A stretch of 64,000 bases of DNA from Octopus vulgaris (taxonomy: Eukaryota). The DNA lies in assembly GCA_951406725.2 (NCBI GenBank), contig OX597830.1, positions 77,500,001-77,564,000 on the forward strand, given 5' to 3'. Positions 15,753-29,612 of this stretch are shown one piece after another; the stretch's first letter is position 1; every line of letters starts with the position of its first letter. Both the position numbers and the translations under genes were made by a program. The notes beneath the pieces are model-generated. The model did no database searches and had not been told where the DNA came from. It was given only the letters and a program-made list of their open reading frames with translations.

Positions 15753-15999
15753 TATATTTATACACGCAGTCGTACATTTAGTTGACGAAAAAAATAAAGA
15801 TTTTATTTTCATATTATCATCGCTTCGTTTTCCTTTGAACAAAGTATTCCACTGTCCCGTTGTTCACTACATCTTAATGACCACTAGAAGAGTAAGTTTG
15901 TATTCGTTGACCAGTTCCGTACATTGTCTAAGCAGTATATTTTAATTTTGAGGCATACTGATTTTTATGCCGAGAAACAATTAAACTAGTAAGGAGTTA

Positions 16000-16715
16000 A
16001 GATGACGATGAATTGGCTTTGCGATTAAAATGGCCTGGTGATGAAATGATTTAGAAATGGAATAACGTGGCAATGAGAAGGTTTGGTGATGAATTGGCCT
16101 TGCAATGAGATGGCTTGTCGATGAATTGGTCTGGAGAGGAACTGGACTAATGATGATATGGCTTGGCGATGAAATGGCTTGGCGATGAAATGGCCTAGTG
16201 ATGAAATAGCCTGGCGATGAAACGGCCTGGCGATGAAACGGCCTGGCGATGAAATGGACAGGCGAGGAAAAGGCTTGGCGATGAAATGCCATTGCGTTGA
16301 ATTGGCCTAGCGGTGAATTGGCTTGGCGATAGAAAGGCTTGGTCAAGAAATGGTGAAGCGATGAATTGGTTTAGCAAAATGGTGATGAATTGTTCTGTTG
16401 ATAAAATGACCTGGCGAGGTAATGCCCGGGCGATGAAATGGCCTAGCGAGGAATTAGCATTGCGATGAATTGGCCTAGCGGTGAATTGGCCTGGCGATGA
16501 AAAGTCTTGACCAAGAAATGGTAAAGGGGAGAATTCGTCTAGCGAAGTGGTGATGAATTGTTCTGGTGTTAAAATGGCCAGGCGAGGAAATGACCAGACG
16601 ATGAATTGACATTGCGATGAATTGTTCTAGCGGTGAATTAACCTTGCGACGAAATGGCCAAGCAATAAATTCAACAGGTAATGTCTTGGCCGACGAGAAA
16701 TTCATCCATGACGAA
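16000..16715. repeat. 16-bp minisatellite (GGCGATGAAATGGCCT consensus) with higher-order repeat
   Basis: About 40 diverged units; landmark CATTGCG recurs at 16290, 16458 and 16610. Confidence 0.9.
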
Positions 16716-17142
16716 TAGAGGACTGTATTACCCAAAGCCTCCTTTCCTTTCTTAACCCGAAATTTTGCTGCAATTTTCAGAATTCAGATTTACCACCCTG
16801 GAGATAACCGTTTACGTTGATACGTACGTATGTGATAATTATTGCAATGATGGTGGTAACTGAGAAAGGCTATGACGACGACGACAACGACGACGATGAT
16901 GATGATAACGGTGATACAGGTGATACTGAAAATAGAGGGAAAGAGAGCAGCGCTGCTGATGCTTACTATAGTGATAGTGGAGATGGGGCAGAGGCCATGG
17001 AATTGTCCTGTTGAATTTGATAGGGAAATTTGTAGCTTCTATTTGTGGTAGGTTATATTCATGCGCAAACACACACACTCACACATATATAGATATACAT
17101 ATATGTATATATATATATGTAACATATAAATATACATATACA

Positions 17143-17175
<33 letters not shown>

Positions 17176-17670
17176 GTTATACGTATTTAAACGTATATAT
17201 ACTATATCTATATATATATATATATATTTGTATACATCAACATGTGTGTGTGTGTACATGTCTCCATATATCCATATGCACACACAACCACACATACACA
17301 AACATACATACATATACATATACACACGCACGCACGCACACGCACACATACACACGTACAGAAACACACATTATTTTCTCACCCTGGACAAAACGCTTCC
17401 ACACTCCAGCACACTCACCATTCAGCCATTCACCCACCAGCTCATAAAACTTCATGATAAAGAAATTAAAACGAGATGACGTCCGTCATTAAATCTCCAT
17501 CATTTATATTATTATTACTATTACTATCATTATTATTAATATTATTATTGTTGTTGTCGTCGTCGTCATCATCATCATCATCATCATCATTTATATTACT
17601 ATTACTTTCTTGATATCATACACACATATATATATATGTATATATATAGTATAATATATATATATACGTG

Positions 17671-17718
<48 letters not shown>

Positions 17719-17724
17719 ATATAT

Positions 17725-17768
<44 letters not shown>

Positions 17769-17774
17769 TGTACG

Positions 17775-17839
<65 letters not shown>

Positions 17840-17852
17840 TTATCTGTATATG

Positions 17853-17896
<44 letters not shown>

Positions 17897-17909
17897 TTAT
17901 CTGTATATG

Positions 17910-17991
<82 letters not shown>

Positions 17992-18509
17992 GAATAATCA
18001 ATTCTATCTTTATATAGGAATGACTTCTGTGGATCAACATTTATTCATTTCTTGGTGTATTTTTTTCTGTTTCATTATTGTTTTTTCAGAAATGGTGTTC
18101 CAGTTTAAAAAGCTGGAAGTACGTTATTATAGATTGCGCCTTGTCTACATGGAACAGAATGTATCAAGTTCGATCCTAGGTAACCCTTTTTTTTTAATCG
18201 ATTAATTCCAACACGTTGCTTGCTCTCAGAATATCATATCACCACCATCAACACGTGATCCTTGCAAGCCGGTCAAACGAAGTTCGCGGAGGGGCACTCC
18301 AAAAAGCAGTACGCGGACAACTCTAGCCATATCATAGCCAACATTTCCATAAAGATATATCAAAGTTGTTTAGTTTTGCGACACGGATCTACATCCCTCA
18401 AAACTTACGCTTTTGAAATCAAGTAAATTTGTAACCGGTTAAATGCATTTATATCAATATTAATAAGCCTTCTTGACCTCTCCCTTTGTATATTCTACTT
18501 TATTTACTG

Positions 18510-18595
<86 letters not shown>

Positions 18596-18660
18596 TTTGT
18601 ATAGATTAGCTACTATTTCCCCCCTCTCTTTCTCTCTCACTAACACATACTTTATATATT

Positions 18661-19235
18661 CTTTTATTCTTTTATTCTTTTACTCGTTTCAGGCATTTGA
18701 TTGCGGCCATGCTGGAGCACCACTGTACAGAGTTTTTTTAGTCGAAGAAATTGACTCCAGGACTTGTTCTTTGTAAGCCTAGTACTTATTCAAATTGGGT
18801 TCTTTTGCCGAACCGCCAAGTTACGCGGACATAAATACACCAACCACGGTTGTCAAGCGATAATGGGAGAACAAACACAGACACGAAGACACACACACAT
18901 ATATATACATATACATATATACGGCGGGCTTCTTTCAGTTTCCGTCTACCAAATCCACTCACAAGACTTTGGTCGGCCCGAGGCTATAGTAGAAGACACT
19001 TGCCCAAGGTGCCACGCAGTGGGACTGAACCCGGAACCATGTGGTTGGTAAGCAAGCTACTTACCAAAGCCAACGAGCTCCTTTCAGTTTCCGTCTACCA
19101 AATCCACTCTCAATGCTTTGGTCACCCAGAGGCTATAGTAGAGGACACTACCTTCCTAATGTGCCACGCAGTGGGACTTAGCCAGAGACTATGAGGTTGG
19201 GAAGCAAGCTTCTTACCACACACCCGTGCCTTCGA
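18661..19235 (-). mobile_element. SINE family A with a second head segment in tandem
   Basis: Reverse complement of family A; head repeated at ~18925-19066 and ~19075-19235. Confidence 0.85.
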
Positions 19236-19274
19236 CTATATATATAGTCACAGTGAGGATATTTAAATCGTTTT

Positions 19275-19657
19275 GTGGAGGCGCAATGGCCCAGTGGTTA
19301 GGGCAGCGGACTCACGGTCATAGGATTGCGGTTTCGATTATCAGACCGGGCGTTGTGAGTGTTTATTGAGCGAAAACACCTAAAAATCCACGAGTCTCCG
19401 GCAGGGATGGTGGTGATCCTTGCTGTACTCTTTCACCACAACTTTCTCTCACTCTTACATCCTGTTTCTGTTGTACCTGCATTTCAAAGGGCCGACCTTG
19501 TCATTCTCTGTGTCACGCTGAATATCCTCGAGAACTACGTTAAGGGTACACGTGTCTGTGGAGTGCTCAGCCACTTACACGTTAATTTCACGAGCAGGCT
19601 GTTCCATTGATTCGGATCAACCGGAACCCTCGTCGTCGTAACCGACGGAGTGCTTCC
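19275..19657 (+). mobile_element. tRNA-derived SINE, family D, with TSD
   Basis: A box TGGCCCAGTGG, B box GGTTTCGATT; TSD ATTTAAATCGTTTT (19261-74) / ATTTAAATCTTTTT (19658-71). Confidence 0.92.
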
Positions 19658-20500
19658 ATTTAAATCTTTTTACAGGCATATTAATCCAAGATACACTGGT
19701 TTTATATTATATTTTGAAGAGATATTTCTTCAATGAATATATTATATAAAATACCGTAAAATATCAAATATTATTATCGAGTTAGAAAACAGAGAGATCT
19801 GATGGTTACAAATTAATTAATTAATTAACATATTCACCTGCAATTGTTTCATTTCATAACCAAATTTAAAATTACAAAACATATATAAATATATGATTTT
19901 GCATTTTAAATACACGGAGATGCAGCATGGATTTTTGTTTGTCTTAAAGCGACGAAAATATTTTGACAAATTAAACTTGAACGTTGAAGTGAATCGAACG
20001 GCTTTTGTGTGTTTCTTAAATGGCTTACAAACACCTTCCACGCTGCAATTGTTTTCGTTTCAGCACAAGATCTCAGATCAAATCACTTGCTATGCAAGTA
20101 CATCTCCGTAATATATATATATATATATATTGTTTATTGTTTTGTTTCAATCATTACACAAATGCCATGCAGAAACAACGTCTCAGACTATTTAGTCGTG
20201 CATGTCAACCCCAGGACTTATATTATGCCTGGTACTTGTTCTATCACGGTTCACTTGTCGAACTGCTACATCACAGGACATACACAATCCAATACTGGGA
20301 CCAAACACAACCACGCATGTTCGCACACCGCCACCAACCGTTATACATACACACACGAACACACATACACACATACACATTACTTGTTTCAGTCAAGAGA
20401 CTGCGGGCATAAAGGAACTAATATGTTAAATAACAACCTTTATTATTGGTCCGCACAATGTGGTACGATTTGGGGCTGAACAACAAAGAGGTAATATCTG

Positions 20501-20692
20501 TGAGGGAATGGTGAAAAGTTCCTGGTTTGGGGCAAAAGAAAATACTGGAAGATCAGTTAATTACGATATTATTCAACATATTCCCTTCTCAGATTGACAC
20601 ACTTTTTGCAGAGGCCCTTCAGTTTTTCTAAGACCTGTAAGAGAACTCTTTCGCGATGCCCTTAAAGCAAGGAACTTTTCGTCACCGCCTAG
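20501..20692. mobile_element. Mariner-type MITE (~190 bp), diverged
   Basis: GAGGGAATGGTGAAAAGTTCCTGG ... GGAACTTTTCGTCACCGCCT termini; internally homologous to 41462-41656. Confidence 0.7.
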
Positions 20693-20730
20693 TACATTAC
20701 GATAGCATAAGCACCACTACTACCACTTCA

Positions 20731-20787
<57 letters not shown>

Positions 20788-21170
20788 GTGGAGACGCAAT
20801 GGCCCAGTGGTTAGGGCAGCGGACTCGCGGTCGTAGGATCGCGGTTTCGATTTCCAGACCGGGCGTTGTGAGTGTTTATTGAGCGAAAACACCTAAAGCT
20901 CCACGAGTCTCCGGCAGGGATGGTGGTGATCCCTGCTGTATTTTTTCACCACAACTTTCTCTCTCTCTTACTTCCTGTTTCTGTTGTACCTGTATTTCAA
21001 AGGGCCGGCCTTGTCACTCTCTGTGTCACGCTGAATATCCCCGAGAACTACATTAAGGGTACACGTGTCTGTGGAGTGCTCAGCCACTTATACGTTAATT
21101 TCACGAGCAGGCTGTTCCGTTGATCGGATCAACTGGAACCCTCGTTGTCGTAACCGACGGAGTGCTTCCA
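20788..21170 (+). mobile_element. SINE family D inserted in an (ACT)n tract
   Basis: Near-identical to 19275-19657 and 54907-55294. Confidence 0.92.
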
Positions 21171-21601
21171 CCACTACTACTACTACTACTACAAACTGCC
21201 GAAACAGTCACCGCCAACATCCCCACAACAACAACGAAATCTAGAATTAGCCTTAAAATCTGAGCCACCGTAACAACCATTCATAGTATTTCATTAGAGA
21301 CTGCCACCACGTGACCTAACATCCTCCCTATACTTATCATTATAGCTAACTACACAAACCACCTAACCAACAGTGCTTTCACAAAACACCATCACCATCA
21401 CCACCACCACCCACCAACGCCACCACTACCACTATACTCATTAAAATTACAACTACCAAGGATAAAACATAAAACACTACATAAAGTCGTTACTTTTCGC
21501 TCTTACCAATTCCACCACCTTAATCCTCCACTCCTGTCGACCAATGTCCTTTACCTTGTCGATTATCAGTTGTCCGACAGATCCTGAAGAGAGAAAACAG
21601 C

Positions 21602-21668
<67 letters not shown>

Positions 21669-21970
21669 TATAACTTTATTAAGAAAGAAAATAAAACTCA
21701 AAGCAAGTTCCAAGAGGTTGGCCGGGATGGGTTCGGGGTTTCGCGGAAATGATATTAATTATATTTGAGATGTAATCAATTTGCTTGTGTTAGGTTTTCT
21801 GATTGTCAGAGAACCGTAAAAAAAAAATTAATAGATAAATAAAATAAAATAAAAAAATAAAGGTACACTGAAAGTAAATATTGTCTTAGCGCTCTGGAAT
21901 TTATTTTGAATTTACTTCGTAATTATTTCTATATTTCTTCGTTATTTCATTATTAATTCTCTCTCTAAGG

Positions 21971-22190
21971 GGCAGTGGATTGGCAGAAATGTTAGAACGT
22001 CAAGGGAAAGAAGCTTTGTAGTAGGATTTGTACTGGCGTTTTACGTTCTAAGTTCAAGTCTCGCTGAGGTCAACTTTGCCTTTCATCCTTTCGGGAGTCG
22101 CTAAAATAAGTACTGGTCAGACATTTCGGTAATGATATCATTTATTCTCCTCCATTCAGAACTGCTGGCCTTATTCCTATGTAAATAAAC
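21971..22190 (+). mobile_element. SINE family B, diverged
   Basis: GTTCTAAGTTCAAGTCTCGCTGAGGTCAACTTTGCCTTTCATCCTTTCGGG. Confidence 0.75.
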
Positions 22191-22567
22191 AATTTTTAAT
22201 TCTCTTTCCATTTCTGTCTCTCTGTCTATTTTTCCCTCCCTCTCTCTCTCACCTCCTCCTCCTCCTGCATATATTATCAATATCAAATCAATATCTGGCT
22301 AGCTTAGGACCGGAAATGTCCCACATTTCTGGATTTCCCAGTTTTCTGAGACTGTAAATAAGCTAAATTGTATTTAAGAGATTCAGCCTAATACACCGAA
22401 ATGTATTAATTTTGAGCAAGCTACGTTTGATATTTATGAATCCACTTAAAACCCTTAAGTTATACCATGCTGTGCCACACATACAGTATAATAATTATAG
22501 GATGAAAATTAAAGGAAGAAAAGTGAAGAAAAGGATTTTATTCAGAAGGCAACGCTATAAATTAATA

Positions 22568-22730
22568 TCTCTATATATAAAACTGAGAATGTGTGTCTGT
22601 CTGTCTGTGTGTTTCCCTAAAACTTTTGAACTACACAACCAATTTCATTCCAATTTTACACATGCCTTACCTAAGGTCCGGGGAGTGTCATCGGCAAAAA
22701 AAATTTAACTTTTTCCCTAGGGTTGGGTTC
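22568..22730 (+). mobile_element. Helitron-like 5' terminus
   Basis: A^TCTCTATATATAAAACTGAGAATGTGTG(TCTG)n...CCCTAAAACTT; homologous to ~9280-9434 on the minus strand. Confidence 0.7.
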
Positions 22731-23437
22731 CAACCCAACCCAACCCAACCCAACCCAAATTGAAAGAGGCGATTAAATTTTTTTTCCTAACCTGCAGACG
22801 TTTCAGAAAAGTGGTTATACGAAGTATTCGAAATTCAGCCCTTCTTCCTCAGGGTTCCTTTCTCGAGGTAAAATCCATCAAAAAGCATTAAGGCACGTGG
22901 TGAGTATTCAGTTGGTGAAAGTTCAGTTTTTGAATATCGAAGATTTTCTGGAGTATCGAGGATTTTCTGACATTTTTCAAGAAGATTACCACATTTAAAT
23001 AAGAAATGAAAATCATTGAAAGTTAATCATGCAAATAATAGCCAATGGGAATATTCCATTCTCTACTATAAAAGAATAATTTAAGATTACAGGTTTGTGC
23101 ATAAGTGTTCATTGGATCTAATCATCTAATTGGACCGTATTTTCAAAAAGCTTTTATATTCTAAAAAATTATATTTTAAAGTTTAAGAAAATTATAAGAC
23201 GCTAAATATTTATGCTTACAACATACTAAAATGTCTGTAATTTTTTATATAGGGGTAAATAAATGAATTCTTGTGTCCCCTATATCTAATTTTAAAATTA
23301 GTAGTACTCCCTATATAAATTTTCCTAAGTCCAGAGCGTTAAACTAATAAATCTGTTTGCTGTTTACACACCCGTCTTCGTCTTTTGTTCGTTTCTTTTG
23401 TAAGTTCCAAATATATATGTATGTGTGTGTGTATGCA

Positions 23438-23584
<147 letters not shown>

Positions 23585-23648
23585 ATTTCATAGACAGGAA
23601 CTGAAACAAATCGATGTTATATGTGTGTATATATGTAAGTGTATGTGT

Positions 23649-26304
23649 TTTGGTATTGGCAACATGAATGACAATGGTCAGAGACTACTTGAATTTTGCA
23701 CATACCATAACCTGTGCATCACCAACACATTCTTTGCCAACAAGACATCCCACAAGGCATCTTGGAGACATCCAAGATATCTCACTCGCATCAGCTGGAT
23801 CTCATCATTACACAAAGATCCTTTCTGATTCTGTTCAACTGACCCGTAGTTACCACAGCGCGGATTGTGACACAGATCATTCACTAATAAGAAGCAGGGT
23901 GAGGATTCTGCCTAAAAAGTCCATCACTCCAAGAAAATGGGCCGACCACGCATTAACACTGCCAGAACCTCGGACCCTACACTGCGACAATGTTTTGCTG
24001 TTTCTATCAAAGTTGCCCTCAGTAGGCTGCCCAACCCCTCTGCTGAAAGTAGGTGGAATTATATCAGGGAAGCTTTGTATACCACATCAATAGATACTTT
24101 CGGCATGAGAGAAAGGCAAAACCCAGATTGGTTCAGTGCTGGGCTCTCAGAGCTGGAAACAGTTATCGAAACAAAGCGTGCAGCTCTGATGCAATACAAG
24201 AGTGATTCTTCTACAAAGTCACTCGAAGAACTCAGAAAGGCAAGAAATAAAACCCAACTGACTGCCAGACGCTGTGCAAATAGGTATTGGCAGGAAATCT
24301 GTCAGAGTATCCAGTCAGCTGCTGACAGTGGCGACACCCGTGGGATGTATGCCGGTTTGAAGAAGGCCCTCGGTCCATCCGCAACCAAGTCAGCCCCTCT
24401 GAAATCAACTACTGGAGATCTCATCAAGGACCAAAGCAAGCAAATGGATAGATGGGTGGAGTACTACCAGGATCTCTACTCACGAGAGACCACGGTAGCT
24501 GAGGCTGCAATCGAGGGTGTCAAGATCTTGCCAGTCATGTGTGAACTTGACAGTCTGCCATCTATAGCAGAGCTCACCAAGGCTATTGACTCCCTAGCAA
24601 GTAACAAGGCTCCGGGAAAAGACGGCATCCCCTTAGAGATCATCAAAACCGGCAAAAACACCATCCTGCTTCGGCACCTTCATGAGCTTCTGTGTCAGTG
24701 CTGGGAAGAGGGTACAGTCCCTCAGGATATGCGGGATGCTAACATCATTACGCTTTACAAAAACAAAGGTGACCGTGGTGATTGTAACAATTACCGTGGA
24801 ATATCTCTTCTAAGCACTGTTGGAAAGGCCTCTGCTCGCATTATCCTGTCCAGGCTACAACTGCTTGCTTCTCGAATTTATCCAGAATCGCAGTGTGGCT
24901 TTAGAAGAAGCAGATCAACTATTGACATGATATTCTCCATACGCCAACTTCAGGAGAAGTCCAGAGAGCAGAAAATGCCATTATATATGGCCTTCATTGA
25001 TCTGACAAAGGCCTTTGACTTGGTAAGTAGAAAAGGCCTCTTCATCCTGCTCCAAAAAATCGGATGTCCACCAAAGCTGCTGAGGATCATCAATCTTTCC
25101 ATGATGATATGCAAGGCACCATACAGCACAATGGTTCAACATCAGCCGCCTTCCAAATAAAAAACGGGGTAAAGCAAGGTTGTGTCCTTGCTCCTACATT
25201 ATTTGGCATCTTCTTCTCGCTGCTGCTGTCACATGCCTTTGAGACATCAGATGATGGAGTGTTTCTGCACAGTAGAAGTGATGGGAAACTGTTCAATCTC
25301 TCGCGTCTGCGTGCCAAGACCAAAATCAGAAGCGTCCTGATCAAGGAGATGCTATTTGCTGATGATGCCGCTCTGGTATCACACACAGAAGAAGCCCTAC
25401 AAAGGCTCATCAACTGTTTTGAGCAAGCATGTGGCAACTTTGGCTTAGTTATCAGCCTCAAGAAGACCAACATCATGGGTCAGGCTACATCGGACATCCC
25501 AAACATACATATTGGAGACCACAGACTACAGGAGGTGGAGAAGTTTACCTATCTTGGCTCTACCGTCACCTACAACCTATCCCTTGATGCTGAGCTCAAT
25601 ATACGCATTGGCAAGGCAGCTGCTGTGATGGCCCAACTCTCCAAACGGGCATGGGACAACAATAAGCTGACCAAGACCACAAAAATGAAGATTTACCAGG
25701 CATGTGTACTTAGCACTCTACTGTATGGAAGTGAGACTTGGACGCCATACACACGCCATACGACGCCATACGTCGCCTAAATATCTTTCACCTGCGCTGC
25801 CTCCGGAAAATCCTTCGCATCAAATGGCAGAATCATGTCCCCAACAAAGATGTCCTCAAGCAAGCAGGAATACCAAGCATGTTTGCACTCCTCACACAAA
25901 GACGTATGAGATGGCTTGGACATGTTAGCCGTATGGAAGATGGCAGAATCCCCAAGGACATACTCAACGGAGAGCTTGCTAGGGGCACTAGGTCTGTGGG
26001 AAGACCGTTCTTACGATACAAGGATGTTTGCAAAAGGGACATGAATGCCTGCAACATCAATATTACCAACTGGGAAGCAGTTGCCAGCAACCGTGGAGAT
26101 TGGCGACGTACCGTAAAAGAGGGAACACAAAGGAGTGACATAGAGAGAGAGGAGAAATGGAAAGACAAGAAAAGACGTCAACAAGAAAGTATGACATTAC
26201 AACCAGCCAGGCAAAGTCTTCGCTACATTTGCGGCACCTGCCAGAGGGAGTGTTTGTCCAGGATAGGACTACACAGCCACAGCAGGAGATGTATTAGGAC
26301 ATGA
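23649..26304 (+). pseudogene. Disrupted RTE ORF (pieces 23649-23828, 23937-25160, 25064-25780, 25738-26304)
   Basis: At least 4 frameshifts join overlapping ORFs of the track. Confidence 0.93.
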
Positions 26305-26378
26305 AATGTAAAAGCCGGACTAGATTATTTTATGCGCAACTCCATTGTCTCCCGAGACAAAAAGGATGCCAACAACAA
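23649..26378 (+). mobile_element. RTE-clade non-LTR retrotransposon, 5'-truncated and frameshifted (APE C-terminus, RT, C-terminal C2H2 finger)
   Basis: APE motifs [22 protein letters not shown]; RT motifs KAPGKDGIP, NYRGISLLS, QCGFR, FIDLTKAFD, GVKQGCVLAPTLF, LFADD, FTYLGS; C-terminal CGTCQRECLSRIGLHSH; 3' hairpin TGTCTC-CC-GAGACA and (CAA)n tail. Confidence 0.96.
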
Positions 26379-26636
26379 TATATATGGATTTCGTAGACAG
26401 GAACTGAAACAAATCAATTATATATATATATATGTAAGTGTATGTGTGTGTCTTTGTGTCTGTGTTTCGCCCTCATCACTGCTTCACAACTGCTGTTCAT
26501 TTATTTACATCCACAAAACTTACTGGTTTCACAAGAACAAACTAATAGAATAAGTACTAGGCTTATCAACATAAAAAAGCACTAGGCTGTGTCTCATATT
26601 TTTGTTTGCCCACTCAGTTGTATCTATCAATTTATC

Positions 26637-26718
<82 letters not shown>

Positions 26719-26719
<1 letters not shown>

Positions 26720-27768
26720 CACCCTAATGGGAGCCTTAACTCCCAAATTTTAGTCACTTCTTTTTATGATCCAAAACTAGGTCAAAAGTACTGAATGGAT
26801 CTTTATGAAATTTGGAAATTATATTCTAAGCATAAGGGCCATAACCCCCATGACAATTCATATATTTTTGCTGTTGATGAAATTTTAACCATAGATATTA
26901 GACACAAATGAAGTAATATTTATAAAATTTCATCTTCTTACAAAGTTAGAAAGACCCCTCCATGGGGACTTAACACCCACAATTTTGTCATTTTATCTAA
27001 GCAAAAACGAATACAGTTGTGCTCTTGGAAGCTGTAGGGTTACCCGAGCATAAAAGTTGGGCATTATTTCTAATTCAATGGTACAACAGTGTAACAGTTT
27101 GCTTTGACATACACTTACATTGTGATTTCTGCAATATGGTGCATAAATTGTTAAGTAAATGAGAGGCATCTTTGTCTCCACTGATTCAGTTGCAAAGTGT
27201 TGAGTAAAGTTATTTGATTGCAGACCTCCTTTCAGTCTTTTTATTATCACTCGGTCACACATAGTCCCCAGATGGTAACATTGATTACAAGGCCTTCCCA
27301 GATAGTGACTGGTTATTCAAAGACAGTTATAGATTTTAAATTCATTCTGTCCAGTTACGTATCAGTATAGTGGTCATTTGCAAACTCCAGAGGTGACACT
27401 TTAATTTCTCCTAAGCCCTCACGTCACACAGTTGTTAATGTTGATTTCATTTGGGTCACGCCCTTCCAATTGCTATAGATTCGTAATGCATCTTACGGCT
27501 GTGTCTGTCACCTGGATGGTGAGGAATCCTACATTGGAAGTGGTAACGACTAGGGTAGGGTAACTGACTGCTTATTGTGATCATTCGTCTTTTGATTTCC
27601 ATGTGGCACGATTACAATTTTTTTAGGGTGTGTAAAGAGGGAAATAACCCTCATCTGCAATTTTGAGGAAATTCGAAACATAGATATGCCAGTTCATTCA
27701 GAAAATATAACAGAAAAGTCTAATTCTTCAATTGAATGTAACCGGGCAACGCCGGGTATCTCTGCTAG
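26719..27768 (+). mobile_element. Non-autonomous Helitron-like element, 3' part
   Basis: Ends CCGGGCAACGCCGGG hairpin, then TATCTCTG-CTAG^T; body homologous to 8075-8963 (inverted). Confidence 0.8.
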
Positions 27769-28049
27769 TACTCTTCTAAAAGTATGTTTAATCTTTATCA
27801 TTCTACTTAAAAAGTTAAGACCAAAACAATTTACGACAAACTTCAAAATTAAGGTCTGTTTACTGTATACAAGGTACAGTATATTTCTAGGAAATATTGC
27901 ATAATATTGCTAGATTACTAGAGATTGATATGTATTAATTTAAATTAATTTGAGGTAACGTTTATACCAAATCATCCGAGTTGTACTATCAGTAAACCGT
28001 TGCTGGGTTAAATACAAAGGAGACGGTGAGATTTATCTTTTATGATTTA

Positions 28050-28370
28050 TCTCTTACTTACTTCAGTTATTAGACAGCGGTCATGCTGGAGTATTACCTT
28101 CAAGTACCACCCCATAGCTTTCTCTTTTTATAAGTCTGGTACACTTATTCTATCAGTCTATTTTACCGAGCCTCAAAGCTACGGGGACATAAACACACCA
28201 ACAAGTGTCAAGCAGTGGCGGGGAAAATACAGACACACACACACACACCGACTGCCAGATAAGCACAAAAGGCTCTGGTTTGCCTGAGGCTAAAGTACAA
28301 TAGGTGCCACGCAGTGTAACTGAACTTGGTACCAAGTGGTTGGGAAGCAAGCTTCTTCCATACAGCCACA
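28050..28370 (-). mobile_element. SINE family A, diverged and internally deleted
   Basis: Reverse complement of family A head and tail. Confidence 0.75.
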
Positions 28371-28401
28371 TCTGTATATATTTTTTCATATCTCATAGAT
28401 A

Positions 28402-28476
<75 letters not shown>

Positions 28477-28514
28477 CTTGTTTCAGTCATTTGACTGCGG
28501 CCATATATATATAA

Positions 28515-28697
28515 AGTTAATCCAAACATGAAAGCACAAAAAAACACAACAACGCGAATACGTGGAACAAATATATTATTATTGGAAAGAAGGAGGGTTT
28601 AACGTTTCGAGCGGAGCTCTTCGTCGGAAACATATGGGAAGGAAAGATCAAGAGAAGGGAAGACAGAGGAAAAAAATCGCCAACGGTACACACGCGA
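28515..28697 (-). mobile_element. Penelope-pLTR-like repeat with minimal hammerhead-like motif (28597-28631)
   Basis: Minus strand GTTT-CCGACGA-A-GAGC-TCC-GCTC-GAAACGT-T-AAAC; flanked by (TA)n; homologous to 59917-60113. Confidence 0.68.
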
Positions 28698-28711
28698 TAT
28701 ATATATGTATA

Positions 28712-28750
<39 letters not shown>

Positions 28751-28753
<3 letters not shown>

Positions 28754-29564
28754 CATTGATTGTTGCATTAGAGGGTAACAATTCAAAGTGAATTACTCCT
28801 TTGCAATCCCACCAGATAGAGAGAAGAACCTTTTTCCCATGAAGTTCGGTTGTGGTTGAGCTTTTTCCCTTTTACGAAGCCACTGTTTACGACGTTTAAC
28901 ATTTCGATAGAAGATCCGTTTTCCGCCACCAGTCACAAGTCTATCCAAAAAGGGTGAAATGAGTTCGCAAGAATGGAGAGAAGAGCAAATGTCAACTTGG
29001 GATTTGCGGTTGCTTTCGGACAATATTTGAGGCACCCATTTTCAAAGTTTAGGAACCTTTCCAAGTTGTTGAAGATGACCATGAATTGTTGTATGGTTTG
29101 AACTAAGCTGTATTGCCAGTTCTTCAACTGATAATGCAGGATTTTCTTCAAGTAATGCCTCAAGGAGCTTGTCATCAAACTGAACTGGACGTCCTGTTCG
29201 ATCATCATCTTCAAGGCTGAAATCTCCACTTCTGAATTTTGCAAACCATCTTCTACAAGTTCTTTCATTCAAGCATTCTTTCTCATAAACTGAGTGTATG
29301 TTTCGAGTCACTTCATCTGCAGAGTTTCCTTTTTTGTACTCATAAAGCATTATGTGCCTCAAATGCTCTTTGGATACTTCCATGTTAGAAAGGGTTTTAA
29401 TCAATGAAATTTTAATTCTATTATTCTGTAAAATAATATTTAATTAGTTTAAATGTACACAAATGCATAAAAAATAATTTTCAATTTCATTAGACATTGT
29501 AAAATACTATTAAATTTCATTTAATTTTAAAAAAGGTAAAATCAGACTGAACAAATGGGATGAC

Positions 29565-29568
<4 letters not shown>
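28751..29568 (-). mobile_element. Mariner element, 3'-truncated: TIR plus transposase N-terminal ~60%
   Basis: TA-TCAGGTCATCCCATTTGTTC terminus; ATG at 29383 gives MEVSKEHLRHIMLYEYKKG...RRWFAKFRSGDFSLEDDDRTGRP...WVPQIL...LVTG...KKVLLSIWWDCKGVIHFELLP; broken by a stop and a frameshift, ends at (TA)n. Confidence 0.93.

Positions 29569-29612
<44 letters not shown>

Noticed and set aside
15981-16735. ORFs with repeated FHRQA/SSPG peptides
   Set aside because: Translations of the 16-bp minisatellite; a unit length not divisible by 3 cycles through frames.
19275-19350. tRNA gene candidates (also at 12134, 20788, 36670, 48966, 54907)
   Set aside because: A and B boxes are present, but each continues into a SINE body and tail, several with TSDs; they are SINE heads, not tRNA genes.
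19359-19610. Repeated ~83-aa ORF MFIERKHLK... (also at 20872, 32586, 54991, 60195)
   Set aside because: Incidental frame inside SINE family D; non-ATG starts and frame differences between copies.
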